The notes below the pieces were generated by a model. That model saw only the letters and a program-made list of their open reading frames with translations. It did not search any database and was not told the origin of the DNA. Both the position numbers and the translations under genes were made by a program. From Clostridiales bacterium (GTDB lineage: Bacteria > Bacillota > Clostridia > Christensenellales > CAG-138): 64,000 nucleotides of DNA. This document shows, in pieces, positions 9,850 through 18,381 of the stretch. The first letter of the stretch is position 1. Every line of letters starts with the position of its first letter. The stretch lies in contig SVGX01000002.1 of assembly GCA_015056105.1 (NCBI GenBank), positions 7,417 through 71,416 of the forward strand, read 5' to 3'.

Positions 9850-10252
9850 AATCTCACAGTGCATAATTGCATATTTTTATGGGAACTCCGGTGTTTTATT
9901 ATTATTTGTAATACTTAGCATGTCACTACGTATTTTTGCGTATACAGCAGCAACTGTTTGCAGTATTTCATCACATATTATCCCGCTGTACCACCAAGGA
10001 GCGCTCATTATCCGTTCAGCAGAGACAAACATTTGTTTTTGTTTTTGAATAAAAACGTTATTACATTCCAATCTTGCCATGCAATTTTAGGATGCAAAAA
10101 TATCATTTTGCTTTTCGACAAAATCCCTTTACCGAAAGGGCAAAAAAGAATACAATGGTCATCGTGTCTGAATTCGCTATGACCTGCCCCCGGTGAAACA
10201 GCCCCCGGGCGGGATCATATAAACCCATCAAGGGAAGGAGAATGAAGAAGAA

Positions 10253-11227
10253 GTGAGTTTACGGTATCTCTCAAAACGACTCATGTATACGCTGTTCGTA
10301 TTTCTGTTTGTCGTTACCTTTAACTTCGTGCTGTTCCGCATGATGCCCGGCGACCCGGTGGCTATGCTTTCAAAGGAAGTGGTTTCGGACCCGGAAGCCC
10401 GTGCCGCGATGGAAAAGCTGTATGGCCTCGATAAGCCCCTGCCGATCCAGTTCCTCAACTACCTCAAGTCCATGATCACCTTCGATTTTGGTCAGTCTTT
10501 CCAGTATCGCGAGGATGTTTGGACCGTTCTGAAGGATAAGATCGCCAACACGCTGATCCTTGGCGCGGCATCGGTTCCGCTCAGCATCATCATAGGCGTT
10601 GTGGGCGGCATTATCGCCGGCGCGAACCACGGCAAAAAAACCGATATCGGCATTACCTCCTTTACGATGCTGGTATACGCGGTGCCGAGTTTCTGGCTGG
10701 CGATGATCTTCCTGCTCATCTTCGGCGTCAAGCTTGGGTGGGCGCCCTTCAATGGCATGTTGACGGCGGGTGTGCAGTATGAATCGGTCAACTGGGCATA
10801 CCTCAAAGACCTGTTCCGTCACCTTGCCCTTCCCGCCATTTCCTATGCGCTTGCCTGCTTCGGCAGCTATCTGATGATCATGCGCGGCAGCATCGTGGAT
10901 ATCTACGGTGAGGATTTCGTTTTGACCGCCCGCGCAAAGGGCCTCAGCGAGCGCCAGGTGCGCAACCGTCACATCGTGCCCAACGCCATGCTGCCCACCA
11001 CCAACATGATCGTGATGAGCCTTGCCTTCATCATCACCGGTGCCTTCTCCATCGAAGTGCTCTTCACCTGGCCGGGCATGGGCCGCGTTATGGTGGACTC
11101 CGTTATGCGCCGGGATTACCCCATGCTGCAGGCTTCCAACTATATCATCGCGCTGATGGTCATTATCGCCAACTTCGTACTTGATATTCTTTACACCTAC
11201 ATCGACCCGCGCGTCAGGGTTGAGTAA
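10253..11227 (+). CDS. ABC transporter permease (DppB/OppB-like)
   Basis: GTG start 12 nt after GGAAGGAG. N-terminus SLRYLSKRLMYTLFVFLFVVTFNFVLFRMMPGDP is typical of DppB-type permeases. Confidence 0.88.
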   Translation: MSLRYLSKRLMYTLFVFLFVVTFNFVLFRMMPGDPVAMLSKEVVSDPEARAAMEKLYGLDKPLPIQFLNYLKSMITFDFGQSFQYREDVWTVLKDKIANTLILGAASVPLSIIIGVVGGIIAGANHGKKTDIGITSFTMLVYAVPSFWLAMIFLLIFGVKLGWAPFNGMLTAGVQYESVNWAYLKDLFRHLALPAISYALACFGSYLMIMRGSIVDIYGEDFVLTARAKGLSERQVRNRHIVPNAMLPTTNMIVMSLAFIITGAFSIEVLFTWPGMGRVMVDSVMRRDYPMLQASNYIIALMVIIANFVLDILYTYIDPRVRVE

Positions 11228-11241
11228 GGAGGCGTACGCTC

Positions 11242-12186
11242 ATGGAAAACATCAACAATACCACCAATATCCCTGAAGCGCAGCAGCCTTCCCCGGAGCT
11301 TCTTGAACAGCTCAAACAGCGCGAAAAGGAGCTCCGCGCCCGCAAGCGCAAAATGAACATGAAGCTGTTTTTCGGCAACAAACGCGCCGTGTTCGGCTGC
11401 TGCCTGTTGGCCTGCTTCTTCATCCTTGCCTTCGTGGTGCCGCTGTTCTATGAATACGACCACGAAGCCTATGCCCTCGGCCCCCGCGTCGGTGCGCCGA
11501 CCCCGGAATATCCCCTTGGCTTTGATGAGCTTGGCCGCGACGTTCTCGGCATTCTGATCTACGGTGCCAAGGCATCCCTTGCCATCGGCGTATTCGTTAC
11601 GCTGATCATCGCCGTCATCGGTACCATCGTGGGCATTTCCTCCGCCTATATCGGCGGCCTTTATGATACCATCGTCATGCGTATTACGGAAGCCTTCATG
11701 ATGGTTCCCTCCCTGCCGCTGATGCTGGTGCTTGCCGCCATCGTTGGCCAGAACTTCACCAACATCATTTGGATCCTCGGCCTTACCGGCTGGACCGGCA
11801 CCGCCCGCCTTGTGCGCTCCCAGACCCTTTCCATCAAGCAGCGCACTTACATTGAGCGTGCCCGTGCCGTCGGCGCCAGCGAAAGCTACATCATGTTCAA
11901 GCACATTCTGCCCAACGTGTTCCCGCTGATCTTCGCGGAGCTCGTTCTCACCGTGCAGAACGCCATCATTTCCGAGACCACCCTTGCCTTCCTTGGCATC
12001 GGCGATCCCAGCGTTCCCACCTGGGGCCAGCTGCTTCGCAGCGCGCGCCAGCAGGGCGCCGTTTCCGGCGGTGCGCTGTGGCTGTTCCTGCCCGCGGGCC
12101 TTTGCATCGTGCTTCTTGCTGCAAGCTTCGTATTCATCGGCTACGGCTTTGATGAGATCCTGAATCCGAAACTGAGGAGGCGCTGA
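11242..12186 (+). CDS. ABC transporter permease (DppC/OppC-like)
   Basis: RBS AAGGAGG upstream, PLGFDELGRDVLGILIYG motif, multi-TM body. Confidence 0.88.
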   Translation: MENINNTTNIPEAQQPSPELLEQLKQREKELRARKRKMNMKLFFGNKRAVFGCCLLACFFILAFVVPLFYEYDHEAYALGPRVGAPTPEYPLGFDELGRDVLGILIYGAKASLAIGVFVTLIIAVIGTIVGISSAYIGGLYDTIVMRITEAFMMVPSLPLMLVLAAIVGQNFTNIIWILGLTGWTGTARLVRSQTLSIKQRTYIERARAVGASESYIMFKHILPNVFPLIFAELVLTVQNAIISETTLAFLGIGDPSVPTWGQLLRSARQQGAVSGGALWLFLPAGLCIVLLAASFVFIGYGFDEILNPKLRRR

Positions 12187-12188
12187 TT

Positions 12189-13142
12189 ATGAGTGAAAGA
12201 CTCCTTGAGGTAAAAGACCTTAGAACCTATTTTAAGATCACCGCCGGCGAAGTAAAAGCCGTTGACGGCGTCAGCTTCTTCCTGAACCACAGCGAAAGCA
12301 TCGGCCTTGTTGGTGAATCCGGCTGCGGCAAAACCACCACCGCCCTTTCCACCATCCGCCTGCTTCCGGATAACGGCTATATCCACAGCGGCCAGATCCT
12401 TTTCGAGGGCCGGGATATCACCAACCTGCCGGAAAAAGAGCTGCGCGATTTCCGCTGGGCGCAGGCTTCCATGATCTTCCAGGGCGCCATGAACGCCCTC
12501 AACCCGGTGCAGAAGGTTTCAAGCCAGATCGCCGAAGCCATCCTGCTTCATGAAAGGGTATCAAGAAACGAGGCCATGGACAGGGTCAAGAACCTGTTCG
12601 AGCTTGTCGGCATCGATGTGAAGCGCGTGAACGCTTATCCCCATGAGTTTTCCGGCGGCATGCGCCAAAGGGCGATCATTGCCATGGCCCTTGCCTGCAA
12701 CCCGAAGCTCGTGATCGGCGATGAGCCCACCACGGCCCTTGACGTCATGGTACAGGCCCAGATCATCGACCTGATCAACAACCTTCGCAGCAAGCTCAAC
12801 ATGAGCATGCTCATGATCACCCATGACCTTTCCATCATCACCGAAACCTGCGACCGCATCGCCGTCATGTATGCGGGCAAGATCGTGGAATACGGCAAAA
12901 CGGATGTTGTTGTCAGAAAGACGCTGCACCCCTATACCGATAAGCTGATCCATGCGTTCCCCAACATTTACCAGCCCCGCGTGATGGTGGAATCCATCCC
13001 GGGCGATCCGCCGGATCTGTTCAACCCGCCTCCGGGCTGCCGCTTCAGCGAGCGCTGCGAGCATGCGGTCAAGGGCCTGTGCGACTGCAGGAGCCCACAC
13101 TTGTGGATATGGGCGGCGAACACTTTGTTGCATGTCATCTGA
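12189..13142 (+). CDS. ABC transporter ATP-binding protein (DppD/OppD-like); 3' end apparently frameshifted
   Basis: Walker A GESGCGKTT, signature FSGGMRQRA, Walker [12 protein letters not shown]. The last roughly 18 codons (CRSPHLWIWAANTLLHVI) look out of frame. The alternative frame from about 13088 gives QEPTLVDMGGEHFVACHLRGGNQ and ends in TAATG overlapping the next start. Confidence 0.85.
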   Translation: MSERLLEVKDLRTYFKITAGEVKAVDGVSFFLNHSESIGLVGESGCGKTTTALSTIRLLPDNGYIHSGQILFEGRDITNLPEKELRDFRWAQASMIFQGAMNALNPVQKVSSQIAEAILLHERVSRNEAMDRVKNLFELVGIDVKRVNAYPHEFSGGMRQRAIIAMALACNPKLVIGDEPTTALDVMVQAQIIDLINNLRSKLNMSMLMITHDLSIITETCDRIAVMYAGKIVEYGKTDVVVRKTLHPYTDKLIHAFPNIYQPRVMVESIPGDPPDLFNPPPGCRFSERCEHAVKGLCDCRSPHLWIWAANTLLHVI

Positions 13143-13158
13143 GGGGAGGTAATCAATA

Positions 13159-14187
13159 ATGGCAGATAAAGATCCGATCGTCTCCTTAAAAGATGTAGAA
13201 GTCAACTTTAACATCCGTCAGGGCTTCATTAAGGAATACATCCTGCGGCAAAAGAAGATCGTGCACGCGGTGGATAAGATCAACCTTGACATCGCCCGCG
13301 GCGAGATCGTTTCCCTTGTGGGCGAATCCGGCAGCGGCAAGACCACCACCGGCCGCGCCATTCTGCGCCTTGCGGATACCACCGCCGGCGACATCACCTT
13401 CAACGGCGAATCCATCACCGGCAAGAAGAGCAAGGAATGGAACCGCGAATTCCGCAAGCATGCCCAGATGATCTTCCAGGATCCCTACCAGAGCCTGAAC
13501 CCCCGCTTCACGGTATTCGATATCGTAACGGAGCCCCTCATCCTCACCAACTCCAAGGCATCCCTTGCGGAAAAGGAAATGCTGGCCATTCAGGCGCTGG
13601 AGTTCGCGGGCCTTCGCCCGGCGGTGGATTACCTGTACCGTTATCCCCATGAGCTTTCCGGCGGCCAGAGGCAGCGCGTGAGCATCGCCACCTGCTTCAT
13701 CATGGCCCCCGAATTCATCGTAGCGGATGAGCCGGTATCCATGCTGGATGCTTCCGTGCGTGCCAACATCCTCAAGCTCTTTGTTGGCCTGAAGGAGGAA
13801 AAAGGAGCCAGCATCCTGTTCATCACCCATGACCTTTCCCTTGCGTGGCTCATCAGCGACCATGTGGCCATCATGTACATGGGCCGCATCGTGGAATACG
13901 GTCCTGCGGATATCATTGCAGGCGGCTGTCTGCATCCATACTCCCAGGCGCTCACCAGCGTTCTTGCCATGGTCGGCGAGAAGCGCCGCATGAAGCGCAT
14001 CATCCTCGAAGGCGAGACCAGCTCCCCGGTCAACCTGCCCAAGGGCTGCCGCTTCGCCTCCCGCTGCCCCATTGCACAGCAGCGCTGCTTTGAGGAAGAC
14101 CCCGAATACCGTCCCATCGGCGAAGACCATTACATCTGCTGCCACTTCCCGCAGCCCATCGGTCAGCTGAACGACGAAGAGGATTGA
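13159..14187 (+). CDS. ABC transporter ATP-binding protein (DppF/OppF-like)
   Basis: Walker A GESGSGKTT, signature LSGGQRQRV, Walker B IVADEPVSMLD, and a C-terminal HPYS/Cys tail. Confidence 0.92.
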   Translation: MADKDPIVSLKDVEVNFNIRQGFIKEYILRQKKIVHAVDKINLDIARGEIVSLVGESGSGKTTTGRAILRLADTTAGDITFNGESITGKKSKEWNREFRKHAQMIFQDPYQSLNPRFTVFDIVTEPLILTNSKASLAEKEMLAIQALEFAGLRPAVDYLYRYPHELSGGQRQRVSIATCFIMAPEFIVADEPVSMLDASVRANILKLFVGLKEEKGASILFITHDLSLAWLISDHVAIMYMGRIVEYGPADIIAGGCLHPYSQALTSVLAMVGEKRRMKRIILEGETSSPVNLPKGCRFASRCPIAQQRCFEEDPEYRPIGEDHYICCHFPQPIGQLNDEED

Positions 14188-14265
14188 TCCTCATTCCCTT
14201 GTGTTTCTGCCGGGCATCCGGCGTTAGATACTAACATCAAAACCAAAAAAACAGGAGGACGAACA

Positions 14266-15969
14266 ATGAAAAAATGGATTTCCCTCATCCTGGTGGTTTG
14301 CATGATGGCTCTTGCGTTCGCAGCTTGCGGTCAGCCCGCCGGCACCACCGAACCCGAGACCTCCACTGCCCCCGAAACCTCCACCGCTCCCGAAGCTTCC
14401 GGCAGCGAAGCTCCTGAAGCAAATGCCGACCCCATCGTGTTCCGTTACGGCAACATGGGCACCTGGGCCGACACCAAGAACCCCTACCTCTCCGTTGTTT
14501 CCGCGGGCAACCTGATGTTCAAGGACAACATCTATGAAAGCCTTTGCACCAAGGATCCCAACAACGAGCTCATGGGCGTTCTCGCGGAGAGCTGGGAAGT
14601 GAGCCCCGATGGCTGCACCTGGACCTTCAAGATCCGCGAAGGCGTAAAATGGCATGACGGCGAGACCATGGACGCCAACGACGTCTACAACTCCTACCGC
14701 ATGGCTGTTGAGTATGAGATCCCGATCACCTGGGCCAACATGAAGTGGATCAAGGATTATCAGCTGATCGACGATTATCATTTCTCCATCACCACTGAGC
14801 AGCCCAAGGCTGACATCATCGTCTGCCTCGGCCTTATGATCACCCCCGAGCACATCTGGAACCAGTTCCAGAACTACGAAGAGATCGCCGCTTTTGAAAA
14901 CGCCAACCCCGTTGGTACCGGCATGTTCTACTACATCGACGATAAGGTTGACGAATATGTCCGCCTTGGCGCCAACAAGGATTACTGGGGAACCCCCGTT
15001 ACCGGTTTCGATGAGCTGATGTTCGTCAACTTCTCCGATAACGACGCTATGTTCCAGGCTCTCCAGGCCGGCGATATCGACTACTGCACCATCACCACCA
15101 CCCAGCTCGAGGCTGCTGAGAACTCCGAAGGCGTTACCGCTCACCGCTTCAACCAGTCCGGTTGGCGCGAGATCGGCTTCAACTGCTGGCAGGATCCCGC
15201 CTCCAAGGGCAATCCCCTGATCCTTGACAAGGTTATCCGTCAGGCGATCGACTACTCCATCGATTATCAGAAGATCATCGACTACTACAAGGGCGGCATC
15301 GCACTCACCGAGAAGTGCCTCCTCCCCGCTACCCACGGTAAGTATCACGTCACCTTCGACGAGAACCATCCCCTCTACAGGCCCTACGATCCTGAAGCCG
15401 GTAAGGCTCTCCTTGAGGCCAACGGCTATAAGGACACCGACGGCGACGGCATCCGCGAATCCGCCGCGGGCGAACCTCTTGCATTCCGCATGGCGGTTAT
15501 CGAAGAAAACGCCCGTGAAATGGGTCTCCTCGTTGAGAGCGATATAGAAAAGATCGGCATCGACATCGAGATCATCTGGGTTGACGGCGCTCGCATGAAC
15601 GAGATTATCTACGATCAGGGCTTCGACACCGACATCTACATCTGGGGTTGGGATCTTGGTCCCGACGATCCGTCCTACACCCTCTCCATCATGATCACCG
15701 ACAACATCGGCGGCCGCAGCGACTGCAACTACAGCAACCCCTACTACGATGAGCTGTATGAGAAGCAGGCTACCACCCTTGATGAAGAAGAGCGCGTGAA
15801 GATCGTCCACGAGATGGTCGAGATCATCTACGAGGATGTTCCCTACATCATCGCTTACGGCGATATCGGCCTTGAAGCCTACGCTTCCGGTTGGACCGGC
15901 TGGCAGACCCAGTGGGAAGACAGCGGTTACTGGCATAGGTTCTCCTGGCCGACCATGAAGCTTGCTTAA
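14266..15969 (+). CDS. ABC transporter substrate-binding lipoprotein, family 5
   Basis: RBS AGGAGG upstream, lipobox LAFAAC, a Thr/Ser/Pro/Glu linker, then an SBP_bac_5-like body. Confidence 0.9.
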   Translation: MKKWISLILVVCMMALAFAACGQPAGTTEPETSTAPETSTAPEASGSEAPEANADPIVFRYGNMGTWADTKNPYLSVVSAGNLMFKDNIYESLCTKDPNNELMGVLAESWEVSPDGCTWTFKIREGVKWHDGETMDANDVYNSYRMAVEYEIPITWANMKWIKDYQLIDDYHFSITTEQPKADIIVCLGLMITPEHIWNQFQNYEEIAAFENANPVGTGMFYYIDDKVDEYVRLGANKDYWGTPVTGFDELMFVNFSDNDAMFQALQAGDIDYCTITTTQLEAAENSEGVTAHRFNQSGWREIGFNCWQDPASKGNPLILDKVIRQAIDYSIDYQKIIDYYKGGIALTEKCLLPATHGKYHVTFDENHPLYRPYDPEAGKALLEANGYKDTDGDGIRESAAGEPLAFRMAVIEENAREMGLLVESDIEKIGIDIEIIWVDGARMNEIIYDQGFDTDIYIWGWDLGPDDPSYTLSIMITDNIGGRSDCNYSNPYYDELYEKQATTLDEEERVKIVHEMVEIIYEDVPYIIAYGDIGLEAYASGWTGWQTQWEDSGYWHRFSWPTMKLA

Positions 15970-15994
15970 TTTAAGCGTCTTCTAAACGAACAAC

Positions 15995-16025
15995 AGGGCC
16001 GGGGCATTTTGCCCCGGCCTTTTTG
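15995..16025 (+). terminator. intrinsic terminator after the SBP gene
   Basis: GGCCGGGGC (15997-16005), loop ATTTT, GCCCCGGCC (16011-16019), then T5. Confidence 0.85.
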
Positions 16026-16173
16026 TGTGTAAAAAAAAGTACACGTTTGCACTTTGGCAGTACTGCAGCAGATGTGCAGCACCCTTTCTGTTATGCGGAG
16101 GAGGGCTCCTCCCTTCTCCCCCTATCCGCTGTGCTCTGAGGCCGCAGGAAAGATCATTCTTCAACCGATATAA

Positions 16174-16202
16174 GAAAGCCCCGAAGATGCTTCGGGGCTT
16201 TC
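16174..16202 (-). terminator. terminator-like hairpin downstream of the DMT transporter gene
   Basis: GAAAGCCCCGAAG (16174-16186) pairs with CTTCGGGGCTTTC (16190-16202), about 20 nt past the stop at 16223. The U-tail is weak. Confidence 0.55.
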
Positions 16203-16222
16203 TCGTATTCATTCGGTTTCGT

Positions 16223-17065
16223 TCAGACGTTCAACAGTACGATGGCTGCAAGGATGATTCCCACCGCGATCCATTGGCGCTTGCCGAGCTTTTCGCGGAA
16301 CAGCAGCACGCCTGCAAGGCTCACCGCCAGGATGGCACCGGCGTTATAGGTGGGAAACACGACCACCGCCGGTAGGTGTTCAATGGCCTTGAGGATGACG
16401 CGGGCGGAAAAATAATTCGGGATGCCGATGAGCGCACCGAAGAGCACATCCTTTGCATTGGGGCGCTCATGGCGCAGCAGCATCATCCCCGTGCAAAGGA
16501 TGACCGCCGTCACAAAAGTAACGAACAAAAACTGCTCCTCATACTGCAGCGGGCCCGTCTCCTCGAAGATCTTGCTCATAATATCGGAACAGCCGCCCGC
16601 CAGCAGCAGCAGCGGCAAGCCGATACGAAAGCGCATCACAGTTTCTTCCTTCTCATAATGGATGAGCACGATGGCCGCGATGGCGGCAACAATGCCGACA
16701 AACTGCAGCATACCGGGCCTTTCGCCGAAAAAGAGCACGGACATCAGAAGCGGTACCAGCAGCCCCAGCTTCATGAAGGTAGCGCTTAGCACAACGCCGT
16801 TGCGGCTCACATTCAGCTGCAGCATCACAAAGCCCAGCACATAAAAGATGCCGTTCACACCGCCCATCCAAAGGGCAGTGCCCATTCCCTCCCCCGTGGC
16901 CGTGTTTTCACCGCCTGCACCCATATAAATTCCCGCAAGGATCAGGCTTATCATATAGCTGACCGCCAGCAGCGGCATCTTGCCGGAAACGTGTTTTTCG
17001 CTCAGGCGCATTACAACGGTGTTGAGGGCGCTCGTAAGGATCGCAAGCAGCAAATACAGCATCAA
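16223..17065 (-). CDS. DMT superfamily (EamA-like) transporter
   Basis: 280 aa with about 10 TM segments arranged as two similar halves. No closer assignment is possible by eye. Confidence 0.6.
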   Translation of the reverse strand: MMLYLLLAILTSALNTVVMRLSEKHVSGKMPLLAVSYMISLILAGIYMGAGGENTATGEGMGTALWMGGVNGIFYVLGFVMLQLNVSRNGVVLSATFMKLGLLVPLLMSVLFFGERPGMLQFVGIVAAIAAIVLIHYEKEETVMRFRIGLPLLLLAGGCSDIMSKIFEETGPLQYEEQFLFVTFVTAVILCTGMMLLRHERPNAKDVLFGALIGIPNYFSARVILKAIEHLPAVVVFPTYNAGAILAVSLAGVLLFREKLGKRQWIAVGIILAAIVLLNV

Positions 17066-17080
17066 TACTCTCCTTCTTGT

Positions 17081-18247
17081 TTACTCCCGCTTCAGCTTTG
17101 CTGTTTTGGATGCAGCGGTTACACCCGCAAGGATCAGAAACAAAACAAGGATGAAATACGGCAGCATCGCCGGGGCGATCAGCTGCGCGACAAGACCAAA
17201 AAGCGCCGGCATGGTCATGAAGCCAAGGCTTGCGCAAGCCGCCTGTGTGCCCATGACGGAGCGGGCCGCCTCAAGGCCGAATCGGTACGGCGTCATATGC
17301 ATGAGATTCGGGTATATGGGGCCTATGCCGAAGCCTGCAAGGAAAAGCCCTGCCGCCGCCACAACGGGCCCAAAGGGCAAAACCAGCAGCATGATGGCAG
17401 TTCCCACAATGCATTCGCCCAGCACCACCAGCCGCCCTGCGCTCAGGCGCAGGGAGAGAATGCCTGAAAAAAACCGGCCGAGGGCCAGGCCAAGATAATA
17501 AAGCGTCACAAAGCCCGCGGCGACATCCGCACCGAAACCCTTTGTTTCCACAAGGAAAGTGCTTCCCCATTGGCCGCAGGTAGACTCGATGGCACAGGCG
17601 GAAAAGAACAGCACCCAGGTGGATGGCACACCCTTGATCCGCACAAGCTCCCGGAAGGGAACATCCCGGCTTTCCGGCTCCTTCAAACTGCTGCCGCCGC
17701 GCTGTTTTCGCCAAAGGGGCAGCGACGCTGCCACGATCACGGTGATGGCCACCTGCAGAAGCGCCACCGTTCTGTAGCCGCCGCGCCAGCCGCCTGCCCC
17801 GGCAAGGGCAAAGGAAAGAATGAAGGGGCTTACGGTGACGCCGATGCCGTAGGAACAGTGCAGCATGTTCATCTGCAGAGCGCTGTAATGGATGGCCACA
17901 TAGCCGTTGAGCGCCGCATCGATACAGCCGCCGCCAAAGCCAAGGGGAACGGACAACACCACGAACCAGATAAAGCTTGGCGCAACAGAAAAGCCAAAGA
18001 GGGCCACTGCCGTCAGCGCGGTGGAGATAAGCGCCACTTTATAAGTGCCGAGGCGGTTGATGACCCTGGCACTTACAAGGCTGGACAAAAAGGAAAATAC
18101 CGAGTTGATGGAATTGACAAAAGTAGCGAAGGATACAGGCAGCCCCCACTCCGCATAAATGGCAGGCCACGCCGTGCCGAACAGCGAATCCGGCACACCA
18201 AGCCCCACAAAGGAGATATAGATCACGATCAGCAGCAGCGTTGCCAT
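17081..18247 (-). CDS. MFS transporter
   Basis: Start chosen at MATLLLIVIYISF (ATG 18247, RBS GGAGGA upstream). About 12 TM segments with MFS-like loops. Confidence 0.8.
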   Translation of the reverse strand: MATLLLIVIYISFVGLGVPDSLFGTAWPAIYAEWGLPVSFATFVNSINSVFSFLSSLVSARVINRLGTYKVALISTALTAVALFGFSVAPSFIWFVVLSVPLGFGGGCIDAALNGYVAIHYSALQMNMLHCSYGIGVTVSPFILSFALAGAGGWRGGYRTVALLQVAITVIVAASLPLWRKQRGGSSLKEPESRDVPFRELVRIKGVPSTWVLFFSACAIESTCGQWGSTFLVETKGFGADVAAGFVTLYYLGLALGRFFSGILSLRLSAGRLVVLGECIVGTAIMLLVLPFGPVVAAAGLFLAGFGIGPIYPNLMHMTPYRFGLEAARSVMGTQAACASLGFMTMPALFGLVAQLIAPAMLPYFILVLFLILAGVTAASKTAKLKRE

Positions 18248-18381
18248 GTTATCCTCCGGCAAAAGATATCCAACTTTTATATCATACCGCAAATTCCCTT
18301 TCCGGGAAAGTAAGAAGATATCTCTCGCCGCACAAAAAAGGAGCACAGCGGCTCCTTTTCCTGTTTATCCTTTTTTGCCGA

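Noticed and set aside
9623-10048. 141-aa ORF inside the AT-rich spacer; also 9877-10080 and 9958-10182
   Set aside because: No SD, Phe/Ile/Cys/Leu-rich sequence as expected from random AT-rich DNA, and no recognisable domain.
10242-10256. Mini-ORF ATG-AAG-AAG-AAG-TGA (MKKK) overlapping the GTG start of the permease gene
   Set aside because: The ATG is only 1 nt from the GGAAGGAG SD, which is too close. The GTG at 10253 gives a normal DppB-type N-terminus, so this is probably a coincidence rather than a leader peptide.
18298-18310. CTTTCC-G-GGAAAG palindrome and the two AAGATATC copies upstream of the MFS gene
   Set aside because: These are short motifs that could occur by chance, with no supporting context. 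They are noted only as possible operator candidates.
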